A stretch of 64,000 nucleotides of DNA, taken from contig NZ_FORN01000007.1 of NCBI RefSeq assembly GCF_900114015.1, positions 1 through 64,000 on the forward strand. The letters run 5' to 3'. Made by a program: the position numbers and the translations under genes. Within the stretch, counting starts at the first letter, position 1. Each line of letters begins with the position of its first letter. The notes below the pieces were generated by a model. The model was not told the DNA's origin, searched no databases, and saw nothing but the letters and a program-made list of their open reading frames with translations. This stretch comes from Caulobacter sp. UNC279MFTsu5.1 (GTDB lineage: Bacteria > Pseudomonadota > Alphaproteobacteria > Caulobacterales > Caulobacteraceae). This document shows positions 31,357-42,343 of this stretch, piece after piece.

Positions 31357-31965
31357 GTGAAGAAAGCCCTGTTCGCCGCCGCGGCCTGCGCCGCAGTGAC
31401 CGCCGCCGCGCCCGCGTTGGCCGGCGAAGCCTTCGTCGGCGTCTACAAGCACGACGTCACCTTCATCGGCGACGCTGTCGGCCTGGGGGCCGCCGGCCGC
31501 GAGGACGGCGTCGACGTCCACCTGGGCTACCGGACCGACCGTATCGAGAACCTGCGCTGGCTGGGCAAGCCGCAGGTCCACGCCATGGTGTCGATCAACA
31601 GCGAGAACACCTCCAACTTCGTGGCCGCCGGCTTCGACTGGCGGATCGAGCTGGGCCAGCCGGGCGGCTTCTACCTGCGTCCGGGCCTGGGCCTGGCCTA
31701 TACCGACGGCGAGACCCAGCTGCCGCCGGCCAACGCCCCGAACATCAGCGACGAGGAGCGGGCCCGCCGCACCTACCTCTATTACCACCGCATCGATTTC
31801 GGCTCGAAGGTGCTGTTCGAGCCGGAACTGGCCCTCGGCTACGACCTCAACGACCGCTGGGCGGCCGAGCTCAGCTACACCCACCTGTCGAACGGCCAGA
31901 TCTTCCACCAGGGCAAGAACCAGGGGCTTGACGACGCCGGGGTCCGGCTGGTCTACAAGTTCTGA
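31357..31965 (+). CDS. Outer-membrane acyloxyacyl hydrolase / lipid A 3-O-deacylase (PagL-like)
   Basis: Signal peptide, beta-barrel-like alternation, and a C-terminal catalytic motif YTHLSNGQI. GTG start. Confidence 0.55.
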   Translation: MKKALFAAAACAAVTAAAPALAGEAFVGVYKHDVTFIGDAVGLGAAGREDGVDVHLGYRTDRIENLRWLGKPQVHAMVSINSENTSNFVAAGFDWRIELGQPGGFYLRPGLGLAYTDGETQLPPANAPNISDEERARRTYLYYHRIDFGSKVLFEPELALGYDLNDRWAAELSYTHLSNGQIFHQGKNQGLDDAGVRLVYKF

Positions 31966-32085
31966 ACCGGGCGGCCCCTTTCTGGAGCGGGCCGTCACGC
32001 CGATCACAACAGATGAAACGTCCGCCGCCGAGTCCTGTCGAAGGGCCGCGGGCGCCTTTCGGCAGGTGATAAGGCATATCTGAAC

Positions 32086-33372
<1,287 letters not shown>

Positions 33373-33461
33373 TCGCGCGCGCTTTCGTCGCACGGTAAAC
33401 GCTTCGTGAACCCGCCGCGCCCTACAAACAGGCGCGGCGGTGTTGTCGCGGAGAGCGTATC

Positions 33462-35192
33462 GTGAACCTACGGGAGCTGCTCGACGACGGCCGCGAAGGC
33501 GCGACCCTGGCGATGAGCCGGCGCAGCCGCGTGATCCGCCTGACCATGACCGCCCTGGTCGGCTGGCTGCTGGCCCTGAATTTCGGCTGGAAGGCGGTGC
33601 TGGCCTGGGGCGCGGTCAATGCGGTGCTGGAAGCCTGGCTGGCCCTGCTGAACCGGCTGTTCAAGCCGCGCGAGGACGGCCGCACGCCGCTGGCGATCCG
33701 CTTCTGCCCGGGCGCGGCCTTCGCCACGACCTGGTCGACCATGGCGGCCCTGTGCTGGGTCCATGGCCAGCCGGCGATGAAGTTCGCGGCGCTGATCGTG
33801 CTGTTCGGCCTGCTGATCGAGGGGCTGAAATACGCCGCGGTCAGCAAGACCGCGATGCTGGCCCTGATCCCGCCGCCGATGATCGCCCTGGCCGTGGCCT
33901 CGGTGGGCTTCGGCGGCTTCGGGACGGTGGGCCGGGTGATGATCCTGATCACCCTGACGGGCCTTGGCATCTTCGTGCTGGACGCCATGCGCCTGGTGCG
34001 GGCCAGCGCCCTGGCGCTGGAGCAGGCCCAGGCGGAGGCCCAGGAGGCCAGCCGCGCCAAATCGGCGTTCCTGGCGATGATGAGCCACGAGCTGCGGACG
34101 CCGATGAACGGGGTCCTGGGCATGGCCCATGCGCTGGGTTCGACCCAGCTGGACGCCCGCCAGGCCGACTATCTGGAGACCATCGTCGAGTCGGGCGACG
34201 GGCTGATGGCGATCCTCAACGACATTCTCGACTTGTCGAAGATCGAGGCCGGGAAGCTGGAGCTGGAGGCCGCTCCGTTCGAGATCCGGGTCCTGGGGCG
34301 TCAGCTCCAGCGGGTCTGGCGCGAGACCGCCCGCGTCAAGGGCCTGGGTCTGTCGCTGGAGATCGCGCCCGACACCCCGACCTGGCTGTCGGGCGATCCG
34401 ATCCGGGTGCGCCAGATCCTGCTGAACCTGGTCTCGAACGCGCTGAAGTTCACCCAGGAGGGCCGGGTCGACATCGCCATCACGCCGCACGTCGCCGGCG
34501 GCGTCGAGATCACGGTGTCCGACACCGGCGTCGGAATGACCCCGGAGCAGCAGGCCAAGCTGTTCGCCCCGTTCGTCCAGGGCGACCGGTCGATCGCCCG
34601 CCGGTTCGGCGGCACGGGCCTGGGCCTGTCGATCTGCCGCGAACTGGCCGAAATGATGGGCGGCCGCATCGGCGTGGCCAGCCGCCCGGGCGAGGGCTCG
34701 ACCTTCACCGTCGTCCTGCCCCTGGCGACGGCCGAGGCTCCGGCCTCGCCGGCCGCGCCGGACGCCGCACCCGACGTGGCCGGCGCGCGGGTGCTGGTGG
34801 TCGACGACAACCTGGCCAACCAGGCCGTCGCCCGCGCCATATTGGAGGCCGTCGGCGTGCTGGTCGCCACGGCCGGCGACGGTCGCGAGGCCCTGGCCCG
34901 GCTGCGGGTCGAGGATTTCGACGTCGTGCTGATGGACGTCCACATGCCGGTCATGGACGGCGTCGAGGCGTTGCGGCGCCTGCGCGGCGGGGAGGGCGGC
35001 CGGCTCGACGTTCCGGTCGTGGCCCTGACCGCCGACGCGATGTCGGGCGAGGTCGAGCGCCTGATCGGCCTGGGCTTCGACGACGCCCAGCCCAAGCCGA
35101 TCCAGCCGGCCGGGCTGATCCAGGCCATCGCCGCCTGCCGGCGCCCGTCCGCCCCGGCCCAGGCCGAGCCGGTCAGGCGCCTGGCGGATTAG
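33462..35192 (+). CDS. Membrane-bound hybrid sensor histidine kinase / response regulator
   Basis: About 7 N-terminal TM helices, HisKA ([15 protein letters not shown]), HATPase_c ([15 protein letters not shown]) and a C-terminal receiver with intact acceptor Asp ([13 protein letters not shown]). Confidence 0.8.
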   Translation: MNLRELLDDGREGATLAMSRRSRVIRLTMTALVGWLLALNFGWKAVLAWGAVNAVLEAWLALLNRLFKPREDGRTPLAIRFCPGAAFATTWSTMAALCWVHGQPAMKFAALIVLFGLLIEGLKYAAVSKTAMLALIPPPMIALAVASVGFGGFGTVGRVMILITLTGLGIFVLDAMRLVRASALALEQAQAEAQEASRAKSAFLAMMSHELRTPMNGVLGMAHALGSTQLDARQADYLETIVESGDGLMAILNDILDLSKIEAGKLELEAAPFEIRVLGRQLQRVWRETARVKGLGLSLEIAPDTPTWLSGDPIRVRQILLNLVSNALKFTQEGRVDIAITPHVAGGVEITVSDTGVGMTPEQQAKLFAPFVQGDRSIARRFGGTGLGLSICRELAEMMGGRIGVASRPGEGSTFTVVLPLATAEAPASPAAPDAAPDVAGARVLVVDDNLANQAVARAILEAVGVLVATAGDGREALARLRVEDFDVVLMDVHMPVMDGVEALRRLRGGEGGRLDVPVVALTADAMSGEVERLIGLGFDDAQPKPIQPAGLIQAIAACRRPSAPAQAEPVRRLAD

Positions 35193-35250
35193 CGATTGCT
35201 TAGCAGGCCAGGGTTTATGACGAGGGCTTCCCCGGGGAGGTTCGCCGTCA

Positions 35251-36396
35251 TTGGCCGTCGCGCGTCGCTTGATGAAGTCCGCCAACAAGGCCGATCGCCT
35301 GACGCGCAGCTTGCGGGCGCTTGATCGCGAGGCGTCGACCAGCCGCGTGCTCAACCTGCTGGCCATCGAGGCCCGCAGCGGCCACCGACCCGAGCACGGC
35401 GAGGCGCCGCTGTTCCGCAACCGCGTCCTCAACACCGCCCTGGTGGTCAAGCATCGCCTGCGGGCCGACGACATCTTCCTGTTCGACGAAGTCCGGCCCA
35501 ACGCCACCAAGATCATCATTCCGTTCGAGCGCAGCGACCTGGGCCTGGGCGGCCAGTCGTTCTTCGTCGGACAGCGCGGCTGGGTGGACCTGCTGCGCGC
35601 GGCCTGCAACGAACACAGCGACATGGCGCGCGACCTGGCGACCCTGCGCCTGATCGACCAGCTGCCGTCCCTGGACCCGTTCCTGCTGCGCGAGCACCTG
35701 CGCCGCCACGGCCTGTCGGTGGCCTCCAGCTATTTCGCCTTGTCGTCCGCCGACATGGAGCAGATGCAAAGCTTCGTCTCGGCCCAGATCTCGCTGCTGA
35801 TCGACCTGGCCTATCGCGACGCCGGCCAGGCCGTGCCCGGCGCCCACGCCGCCCGCCTGGTCGAGGCCCTGCTGTCGACCGACGTCGACGAGCGGCTGGA
35901 GCCGCTGCGCGAGACCCTGGTCATGGACGGCGAGAGCTTCAAGGAGGGGGTCTTCAGCTGGAAGGGCTTCCTCTATTATAAGTGGATGCTGACCCGGCTG
36001 TGGACCGAGCTGGACACCGTCGGCGGCGAAATCACGCGGCTGACGATCACCGGCAACCGTGACGTCGTCACCCAGCGCTTCCTGGACGACACCCGCAAGC
36101 GCCTGCGGCACGGCATGCTGGTCGAGCGCAAGGCGATCATGCGGGCCCTGGAGGTCTACGACCGGGCGTTCGACGACCTGATCGACAACGGCAGGCCCCA
36201 GGCGTTCCGCGAGTTCCTGCTGCGCGCGCCCGACATGTTCCTGTCGCTGGGCGAGAAGGTCGGGGTGATCGCCCACATCGCCAGCTTCTGGCGCTACCGC
36301 TTCCCGGCCGGCATGCCCCTGGTCGCCGACATCGAGGAGGCGCTCGACCTGCTGCAGGATTTCGACGCGGGCCTGAGCGCCAGCCTGGCGGCCTGA
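35251..36396 (+). CDS. Hypothetical protein (381 aa), no recognisable domain
   Basis: Long ORF with coding-like GC3-rich codon usage, between the hybrid kinase and the receiver-protein gene. It has no TM helix, no signal peptide and no HxxKG-type Hpt motif. Confidence 0.45.
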   Translation: MAVARRLMKSANKADRLTRSLRALDREASTSRVLNLLAIEARSGHRPEHGEAPLFRNRVLNTALVVKHRLRADDIFLFDEVRPNATKIIIPFERSDLGLGGQSFFVGQRGWVDLLRAACNEHSDMARDLATLRLIDQLPSLDPFLLREHLRRHGLSVASSYFALSSADMEQMQSFVSAQISLLIDLAYRDAGQAVPGAHAARLVEALLSTDVDERLEPLRETLVMDGESFKEGVFSWKGFLYYKWMLTRLWTELDTVGGEITRLTITGNRDVVTQRFLDDTRKRLRHGMLVERKAIMRALEVYDRAFDDLIDNGRPQAFREFLLRAPDMFLSLGEKVGVIAHIASFWRYRFPAGMPLVADIEEALDLLQDFDAGLSASLAA

Positions 36397-36446
36397 ATCC
36401 GGGACTTTCTGTCGCAACAGGCGAAGACTAAGCGGATTTTTACCAT

Positions 36447-36477
36447 CGCCCGCCTAGTCTGCGGGCGAGTTATCTTT
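36447..36477 (+). terminator. Putative intrinsic terminator after the 381-aa ORF
   Basis: cgcccgc-ctagtct-gcgggcg hairpin followed by AGTTATCTTT. Confidence 0.4.
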
Positions 36478-36492
36478 GGAGCTTAGGGACCC

Positions 36493-37290
36493 GTGTTCGA
36501 CGGCAACATCCGCACCTTGCAGCGTATCGCGGCGAAGATGCAGCGCGTGCTGGTCGTCGACCCGAACACCGCGGCCGTGCGCCTGCTGGCCGACCAGCTG
36601 CGCCATGTCGGCAACGTCCAGATCTTCCACGCGCCGTCGATCGAGGCCGGCTGGGGCATGGCCCGCACGGTCGACCCGCTGCTGATTTTCGTCGAGCACG
36701 CCTCCAGCGGCTGCGACGGCCTGGCCCTGGCCCGTAAGATCCGCCGCAGCGATCTGGCCTGCCGCGAGAACCCGATCATCATGTGCACCGCCGAGGCCAC
36801 GGCCGACGCGATCTTCGGGGCCCGCGACGCCGGCATCCACGAGTTCATGCGCAAGCCGTTCACGATCAAGGATCTGGAGCGGCGGCTCGAGGCGGTGACG
36901 CTGAAGCCGCGCGACTGGATCGAGGCCGTGCAATATGTCGGGCCCGACCGCCGCCGCTTCAACTCGGCCGAATACAAGGGGCCGCGCAAGCGCAAGGCCG
37001 ACGCCGGCGGCGCCCCCGCGGCCCGCCTGTCGCAGGCCCTGCGGATCGTCAAGTCGGCGGCCCAGGCGTTGGACAGCGACCCGGCTCAGGCCCGGCGCGC
37101 CCTGGCCGCCCAGGCGGTCGAGCTCAAGAAGGTCGGCGAAGCGATCAAGGACGCCCGGCTGTTCGAAGCCGCCGCCGCCCTGGAGGCCTGCACGGCCGGC
37201 GGCATGGCGCGGACCGAGCTGGTCAAGCGGATCGACGGCCTGATGGGCTTCCTGGTCGAGGACGACAATGGCGGTCGCGGCGCCGCCTGA
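36493..37290 (+). CDS. Receiver-domain protein with Glu at the phospho-acceptor position plus helical C-terminal domain
   Basis: REC fold (MQRVLVVDPN ... IIMCTAE ... MRKPF) in which the normally phosphorylated Asp is replaced by Glu (LIFVEHASSGCDG). The C-terminal ~120 aa are Ala-rich helices. GTG start at 36493, or ATG at 36538. Confidence 0.6.
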   Translation: MFDGNIRTLQRIAAKMQRVLVVDPNTAAVRLLADQLRHVGNVQIFHAPSIEAGWGMARTVDPLLIFVEHASSGCDGLALARKIRRSDLACRENPIIMCTAEATADAIFGARDAGIHEFMRKPFTIKDLERRLEAVTLKPRDWIEAVQYVGPDRRRFNSAEYKGPRKRKADAGGAPAARLSQALRIVKSAAQALDSDPAQARRALAAQAVELKKVGEAIKDARLFEAAAALEACTAGGMARTELVKRIDGLMGFLVEDDNGGRGAA

Positions 37291-37555
37291 CGGTCCCGGC
37301 GACTGCAGATCGGCGCTTGCATGGCCAGAATTCGCATGATGATCCGATCCCTATTTCAATGAATCGCCAGGCGGATCGTTCTCCATCAAGTCAATCATGC
37401 TTTGAAATCCGCGCCTGAATCGGCGGATTTCGAGGGTGTAGCTGGATTGGCGATACATAAAACCGACATGGTTCTGTCGCTGACCTGACGCGTGTCGCCA
37501 ATACCTGACGGCCTGAAGCTCCGGAAAAGGGGCGGGGCGAAATCAGGGGTGCATC

Positions 37556-40309
37556 ATGTCGGTCGGTTTCAAGGGCGCCCTGCTGCGCCGGGGCAGCGTC
37601 GTGGCGATGGTCATGGCCGTGGCGGCGACGCCGGCGATGGCCGCCGAACTGCGCGGCCGGGTGGTGGACAGCCGCGGCGCGTCGCTGCCGGGCGCCTGGA
37701 TCGAGGCGGGCGGCCGCTCGACCACGGCCGGTCCCGACGGCCGTTTCGTGCTGACCGGCGTGGCCCCCGGCGCGACGGACGTGACCGTGGCCTATGTCGG
37801 CTACGGCGCCTCGACCCTGCCGGTCACCGTGGCCGACGCGGGCGGCGAGGTCACCCTGACCCTGAAGCCGATCGACGAGGTGTCGGAAGTCGTCGTCAGC
37901 AGCGCCCGCGCCGCCGAGCGCCGCTCGCTGCAGGTCAAGAAGGCGGCCGACAACTTCGTCGAGGCCCTCTACGCCAACGACGTGGGCAAGCTGCCCGATC
38001 AGAACGTCGCCGAGGCCGTGCGCCGCCTGCCCGGCGTGTCGGTGGCCAACGACCAGGGCGAGGGCCGCTACGTGATCATCCGCGGCGTCGATCCGCGCTA
38101 CGTCAACGTCACGGTCAACGGCCAGACGGCCGCCGCCCCCGAGCCCGACAACCGCCAGGTCAAGCTGGACGACATCCCCTCGGCGATGATCGGTTCGGTC
38201 AAGGTGATCAAGAGCCTGACCGCCGACCTCGACGCCAGCGCCATCGCCGGCCAGGTCGACATCGTCACGCTCAGCGCTTTCGATCGTCACGGAACCTTCG
38301 GCGGCGCCCGCGCCGCCTATGGCCGCTTCGACCTCAACGACAAGAACCCCTACGAACTCGACGCCTCGCTGGGCGGCACGTTCGGTCCCGGCGGCCAGTT
38401 CGGGGCGGTGGTCTCGGCCAACTATTCCAAGCGCCCGGTCGAGTCGCAGAACGTGGCCGGGGCGTCGTGGACTAAGGCCGGCGGCAATCCGATCCCGGCG
38501 GACTTCGACAGCCGCGACTACAACCTGGTCCGCGAGCGCACCGGTTTCGTCGGCAATTTCGACTGGCGGCCCAGCGACGACGTCCAGTTCTACCTGCGCA
38601 GCTCCTATTCGAAGTTCACCGACCACGAGACCCGCGACCGCTTCCGCCTGCCGATCGCCGGCGCGATCGTCCCGACCTCGGCCGCCACGGGGTCGTTCAC
38701 CAAGGCCACGGGCACGCGCTACGTGCGTCGCCGCGACGAGGACGACAACACCAGGACCGTGTCCGTGGGCGGCCATTTCCAGCTGCCGGTCGGCCGTCTG
38801 GACATCGACGCCGCCTATAGCCGGGCCGAGAAGACCGATCCGCTGCGCAGCGAGTTCCAGTTCGCCACCGGCAAGACCATGGCCGGGATCTACGACGTCT
38901 CGCAGGTGCTGTTCCAGGTGACCCCGACCGCCACGGCCTACGACCCGGCCAACTACGTCTTCAAGAGCGTCAACTATGACCGCCGCCAGGCCGTCGAGGA
39001 ACTGAAGCAGGCCCGCGCCGACTACGCCTTCCCCCTGTCGGCGATCGGCGACGACAGCGAGCTGAAGATCGGCGCCAAGCTGATCGACCGCTCCAAGACC
39101 AACGACCGCAACTACACGACCTACGATCCGGGTTCGACGGCCTTCACCCTGGCGGCGCTGAACCCGCCCAGCCTGGCCTCGACCTATGAGGGCCGCTACC
39201 CCTTCGGTCCGAAGGTCGACTACAGCGCCGCCCAGGCCTATGTGACCGCCAACCCGGCCACGCTGAAGCCGAACGCCGGCAAGTCGCTCAGCACCTCGCT
39301 GCTCAGCGACTACGACGTGTCGGAAAAGATCTATGCCGGCTACGCGATGGCGACGCTGAGGATGGGCCGCGTGACCCTGGTTCCCGGTCTGCGGGTCGAG
39401 ACCACCGACGGCGACTACACCGCCAAGACCTTCAACAACGTCACATCCAAGCAGGGGCCCGACACCACGGGCTCGAACAAGTACACCAACTGGTTCCCCA
39501 GCCTGAACGCCAAGATGGACGTCACCGACCGCCTGGTGTTGCGGACGGCGGCGACCACCGCCATCGGCCGCCCGGACTATGTGTCGCTGGCCCCGGCCAT
39601 CACCGTAGACGCCACCGCCGACACGGTCGTCCAGGGCAATCCGGACCTGAAGCCGCTGCTGTCGGCCAATCTCGACGCCGGCGTCGAATACTACCTGCCC
39701 GGCCAGGGCGTGCTGTCGGCCGCGGTGTTCTTCAAGGACATCCAGGACCCGATCTTCACCCAGACCCTGCTGAACCAGAACGGGACCTTCGGCGGCGTGG
39801 CCCTGACCGGGGCGGCGGTGACCACGCCGCTGAACGCCAGCAAGGCCAGCGTGGCGGGGGTCGAGTTCAATGTCCAATCGCAGCTGACCTTCCTGCCCGA
39901 CGCTCTGAACGGCATCGGGGTGGGCGTGAACCTGGCCCTGATCGACTCGACCCTGCGCGGCGTGCCCGGCCGCGCCGACAGCCTGCCGCTGGCCCAGCAG
40001 TCCAAGACCGTGGCCACCGCCCAGCTGTTCTATGAGAAGTACGGCTTCTCGGCCCGGGTGGCCTATTCCTACCGCTCGAAGTTTCTCTACACGATCGGCG
40101 CCGACCAGGGCTCGGACGTGTGGTGGGACGACCACGGCCAGCTCGACGCCCGCGTCGCCTACGCCTTCGGCAAGACCGCCAGCGTCTTCGTCGAGGCCTC
40201 CAACCTCAACGACGAGCCCTGGCGCACCTTCGTCGGCAACGACCGCCGGCTGGGCGAGAACGAGCGCTACGGCCGGACCTTCCGGACGGGGATCCAGCTG
40301 AGCTTCTGA
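37556..40309 (+). CDS. TonB-dependent outer-membrane receptor with N-terminal carboxypeptidase-regulatory-like domain
   Basis: Signal peptide, CarbopepD_reg-like domain (ELRGRVVDSRGASLPGAWIEAGG), plug domain, 22-strand barrel and terminal TGIQLSF. Confidence 0.85.
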   Translation: MSVGFKGALLRRGSVVAMVMAVAATPAMAAELRGRVVDSRGASLPGAWIEAGGRSTTAGPDGRFVLTGVAPGATDVTVAYVGYGASTLPVTVADAGGEVTLTLKPIDEVSEVVVSSARAAERRSLQVKKAADNFVEALYANDVGKLPDQNVAEAVRRLPGVSVANDQGEGRYVIIRGVDPRYVNVTVNGQTAAAPEPDNRQVKLDDIPSAMIGSVKVIKSLTADLDASAIAGQVDIVTLSAFDRHGTFGGARAAYGRFDLNDKNPYELDASLGGTFGPGGQFGAVVSANYSKRPVESQNVAGASWTKAGGNPIPADFDSRDYNLVRERTGFVGNFDWRPSDDVQFYLRSSYSKFTDHETRDRFRLPIAGAIVPTSAATGSFTKATGTRYVRRRDEDDNTRTVSVGGHFQLPVGRLDIDAAYSRAEKTDPLRSEFQFATGKTMAGIYDVSQVLFQVTPTATAYDPANYVFKSVNYDRRQAVEELKQARADYAFPLSAIGDDSELKIGAKLIDRSKTNDRNYTTYDPGSTAFTLAALNPPSLASTYEGRYPFGPKVDYSAAQAYVTANPATLKPNAGKSLSTSLLSDYDVSEKIYAGYAMATLRMGRVTLVPGLRVETTDGDYTAKTFNNVTSKQGPDTTGSNKYTNWFPSLNAKMDVTDRLVLRTAATTAIGRPDYVSLAPAITVDATADTVVQGNPDLKPLLSANLDAGVEYYLPGQGVLSAAVFFKDIQDPIFTQTLLNQNGTFGGVALTGAAVTTPLNASKASVAGVEFNVQSQLTFLPDALNGIGVGVNLALIDSTLRGVPGRADSLPLAQQSKTVATAQLFYEKYGFSARVAYSYRSKFLYTIGADQGSDVWWDDHGQLDARVAYAFGKTASVFVEASNLNDEPWRTFVGNDRRLGENERYGRTFRTGIQLSF

Positions 40310-40327
40310 CGCAGGGGCGGCCGCCAC

Positions 40328-40364
40328 TGTCATCCGGACAGCGCTACGCGCTTCCGGGATGACA
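40328..40364. repeat. Family A palindromic element (short form), copy 6
   Basis: tgtcatccggacagcgctacgcgcttccgggatgaca. Confidence 0.7.
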
Positions 40365-40389
40365 ACGATTGGCTCTGGAAGCGCCTGCC

Positions 40390-41094
40390 CTAGCGACCCG
40401 TCCGCGCCAGCCAGCGGCGCAGGGCGGCGTTGACCGCTTCGGGCGCCTCCATCGGCGTCATGTGGCCAGCGTTCGGGATGATCACCATGTGCGAGCAGCC
40501 GATGGCGTGGGCCATTTCGTGCTGGCCGGCCAGGGGGGTGATGGCGTCGTGCTCGCCGCAGATGATGACGATCGGGCAGCGCAGGGCCCGCAGCGCGGCC
40601 GCGCCGTCCTGGCGGGGCAGGGCGTTCTGGCGCAGGAACACCGCGCGGCCCAGCCGCTGGGTCATGGCCTGGATGCGGCCGGTCAGGTCCTTGTCGCCCA
40701 GGCGGGAAGGGTCGACATAGCTGGCCATCAGCCGGTCGGCGACGCCCAGGAAGGCCCCCTCGTGGCTGGCCGCGGCGTTGACGGCGCGGCGCTGGGCGGC
40801 GCGTTCCGGAGTGTCGGCGCGGATGGCGGTGTCGATCAGGGCCAGGCGTTCGATGCGCTCGGGGGCGAGGCGGGCGATCTCCTGGGCCACATAGCCGCCC
40901 ATCGAGAAGCCGGCCAGGGCGAAGCTCGGCTCGGCGTCGGCCAGCACCTGCTCGGCCAGGTCGCGCAGGCTCGCGCCCCGCGTCAGGTCCGCCACCTGGC
41001 AACGGGCCACGTCGGCCAGGCCCGCGACCTGGTCGCGCCACAGTTCGGCGTCGTTCAGCAGGCCGGGCAGCAGGATCAGTTGGGGCAGGGTCAT
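40390..41094 (-). CDS. Alpha/beta hydrolase
   Basis: 234 aa with GFSMGG nucleophile elbow and a C-terminal His (GHMTPME). Confidence 0.7.
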   Translation of the reverse strand: MTLPQLILLPGLLNDAELWRDQVAGLADVARCQVADLTRGASLRDLAEQVLADAEPSFALAGFSMGGYVAQEIARLAPERIERLALIDTAIRADTPERAAQRRAVNAAASHEGAFLGVADRLMASYVDPSRLGDKDLTGRIQAMTQRLGRAVFLRQNALPRQDGAAALRALRCPIVIICGEHDAITPLAGQHEMAHAIGCSHMVIIPNAGHMTPMEAPEAVNAALRRWLARTGR

Positions 41095-41153
41095 CGAAAA
41101 ACGCCCCGGACCTTGCGATCCGGGGCGCTCCAGTCTTTGCGGGTCAAAGCCTT

Positions 41154-42041
41154 TTAGGCTTCGACCATGTTCTTGGCGATGGCGGCTTCGCGCATCGACT
41201 TTTGCAGCTTCTCGAACGCCCGCACCTCGATCTGGCGGACCCGCTCGCGGCTGACGCCGTATTGCGAGGCCAGGTCCTCCAGGGTGGTGGGCTCGTCCTT
41301 CAGACGCCGTTCGGTGAGAATGTGGCGCTCGCGGTCGGTGAGCTCGACCATGGCCTCTTCCAGAAGAGTCATCCGCAGGGACTTCTCTTCGTTCTCGGCC
41401 ACCACGGTCTCTTGCGACACCTGGTTGTCGTCGGCCAGCCAATCCTGCCACTCGCTTTCGCCGTCGGCGCGCAGCGGCGCGTTCAGCGAGGCGTCGGGGC
41501 CCGACAGGCGGCGGTTCATCGAGATGACCTCGCTGTCCAGCACGCCCAGCTTGGTGGCGATGGCGCTGACCTGTTCGGGGCGCAGGTCGCCGTCCTCGAA
41601 GGCGCTGATCTGGCTCTTGGCCTTGCGCAGGTTGAAGAACAGCTTCTTCTGCGCGGCGGTCGTGCCCATCTTCACCAGCGACCACGAGCGCAGGATGTAC
41701 TCCTGGATCGAGGCGCGGATCCACCACATGGCGTAGGTGGCCAGGCGGAAGCCCTTGTCGGGCTCGAACTTCTTGACGGCCTGCATCAGGCCGACGTTGC
41801 CCTCGGAGATCACTTCGCCGATCGGCAGGCCGTAGCCGCGATAGCCCATGGCGATCTTGGCCACCAGGCGCAGGTGGCTGGTGACCATCTTGTGGGCCGC
41901 CTCGCTGTCCTGGTGCTCCTTCCAGCGTTGGGCGAGCATGAACTCCTCGTCCTTGGCCAGCATCGGGAACTTGCGGATTTCGGTGAGGTAACGCGACAGG
42001 CCGCCGTCCGGCGACATCACCGATAGTGAATTCACGGCCAT
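41154..42041 (-). CDS. rpoH: RNA polymerase sigma-32 (heat-shock sigma factor)
   Basis: RpoH box (QRKLFFNLRK equivalent: AQKKLFFNLRKAK) and sigma-70 regions 2 to 4. Confidence 0.9.
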   Translation of the reverse strand: MAVNSLSVMSPDGGLSRYLTEIRKFPMLAKDEEFMLAQRWKEHQDSEAAHKMVTSHLRLVAKIAMGYRGYGLPIGEVISEGNVGLMQAVKKFEPDKGFRLATYAMWWIRASIQEYILRSWSLVKMGTTAAQKKLFFNLRKAKSQISAFEDGDLRPEQVSAIATKLGVLDSEVISMNRRLSGPDASLNAPLRADGESEWQDWLADDNQVSQETVVAENEEKSLRMTLLEEAMVELTDRERHILTERRLKDEPTTLEDLASQYGVSRERVRQIEVRAFEKLQKSMREAAIAKNMVEA

Positions 42042-42096
42042 AGAAACTATCCCCTTGGTGCGGATCCGCCCGTCAATCGCGCGCCATCATCCCCAC

Positions 42097-42131
42097 CAGA
42101 ATGGGTCAGATAGGAAGGCGTTGCGGTCAAG
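42097..42131 (-). promoter_or_regulatory. Candidate sigma-32/sigma-70-type promoter upstream of rpoH
   Basis: On the minus strand, CTTGAC ... CCCATTCT about 55 nt upstream of the rpoH start. The spacing is longer than the E. coli sigma-32 consensus, so this is tentative. Confidence 0.25.
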
Positions 42132-42193
42132 ATAAGGTCGATAACGTATTTGTAATGTCCGACACCCGGACTCGGGTATTGGCGCTTCGAGGG

Positions 42194-42215
42194 TGAGAAT
42201 GAACGTTCATTCTCA
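42194..42215. promoter_or_regulatory. Perfect 22-bp palindrome TGAGAATGAAC|GTTCATTCTCA
   Basis: Seen directly in the AT-richer rpoH / holin-like divergent intergenic region. No T-tract follows it. Confidence 0.4.
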
Positions 42216-42343
42216 GAAGTTCAAGCCAAAAATGTCAGATGGACGCGACGGAAGGTTCGGCCTGGGCGCGGGGGTACGGGTCCTCGCATCGCTCAAGGCG
42301 GGCCTTGCTGGGACAGGGCTGTTGCGCCATCTAATGGCCGCGC

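Noticed and set aside
35251-36396. 381-aa protein as a histidine phosphotransferase (Hpt or ChpT-like)
   Set aside because: There is no HxxKG motif or DHp-like His-containing helix, and no similarity to ChpT that I can see. It is left as a hypothetical protein.
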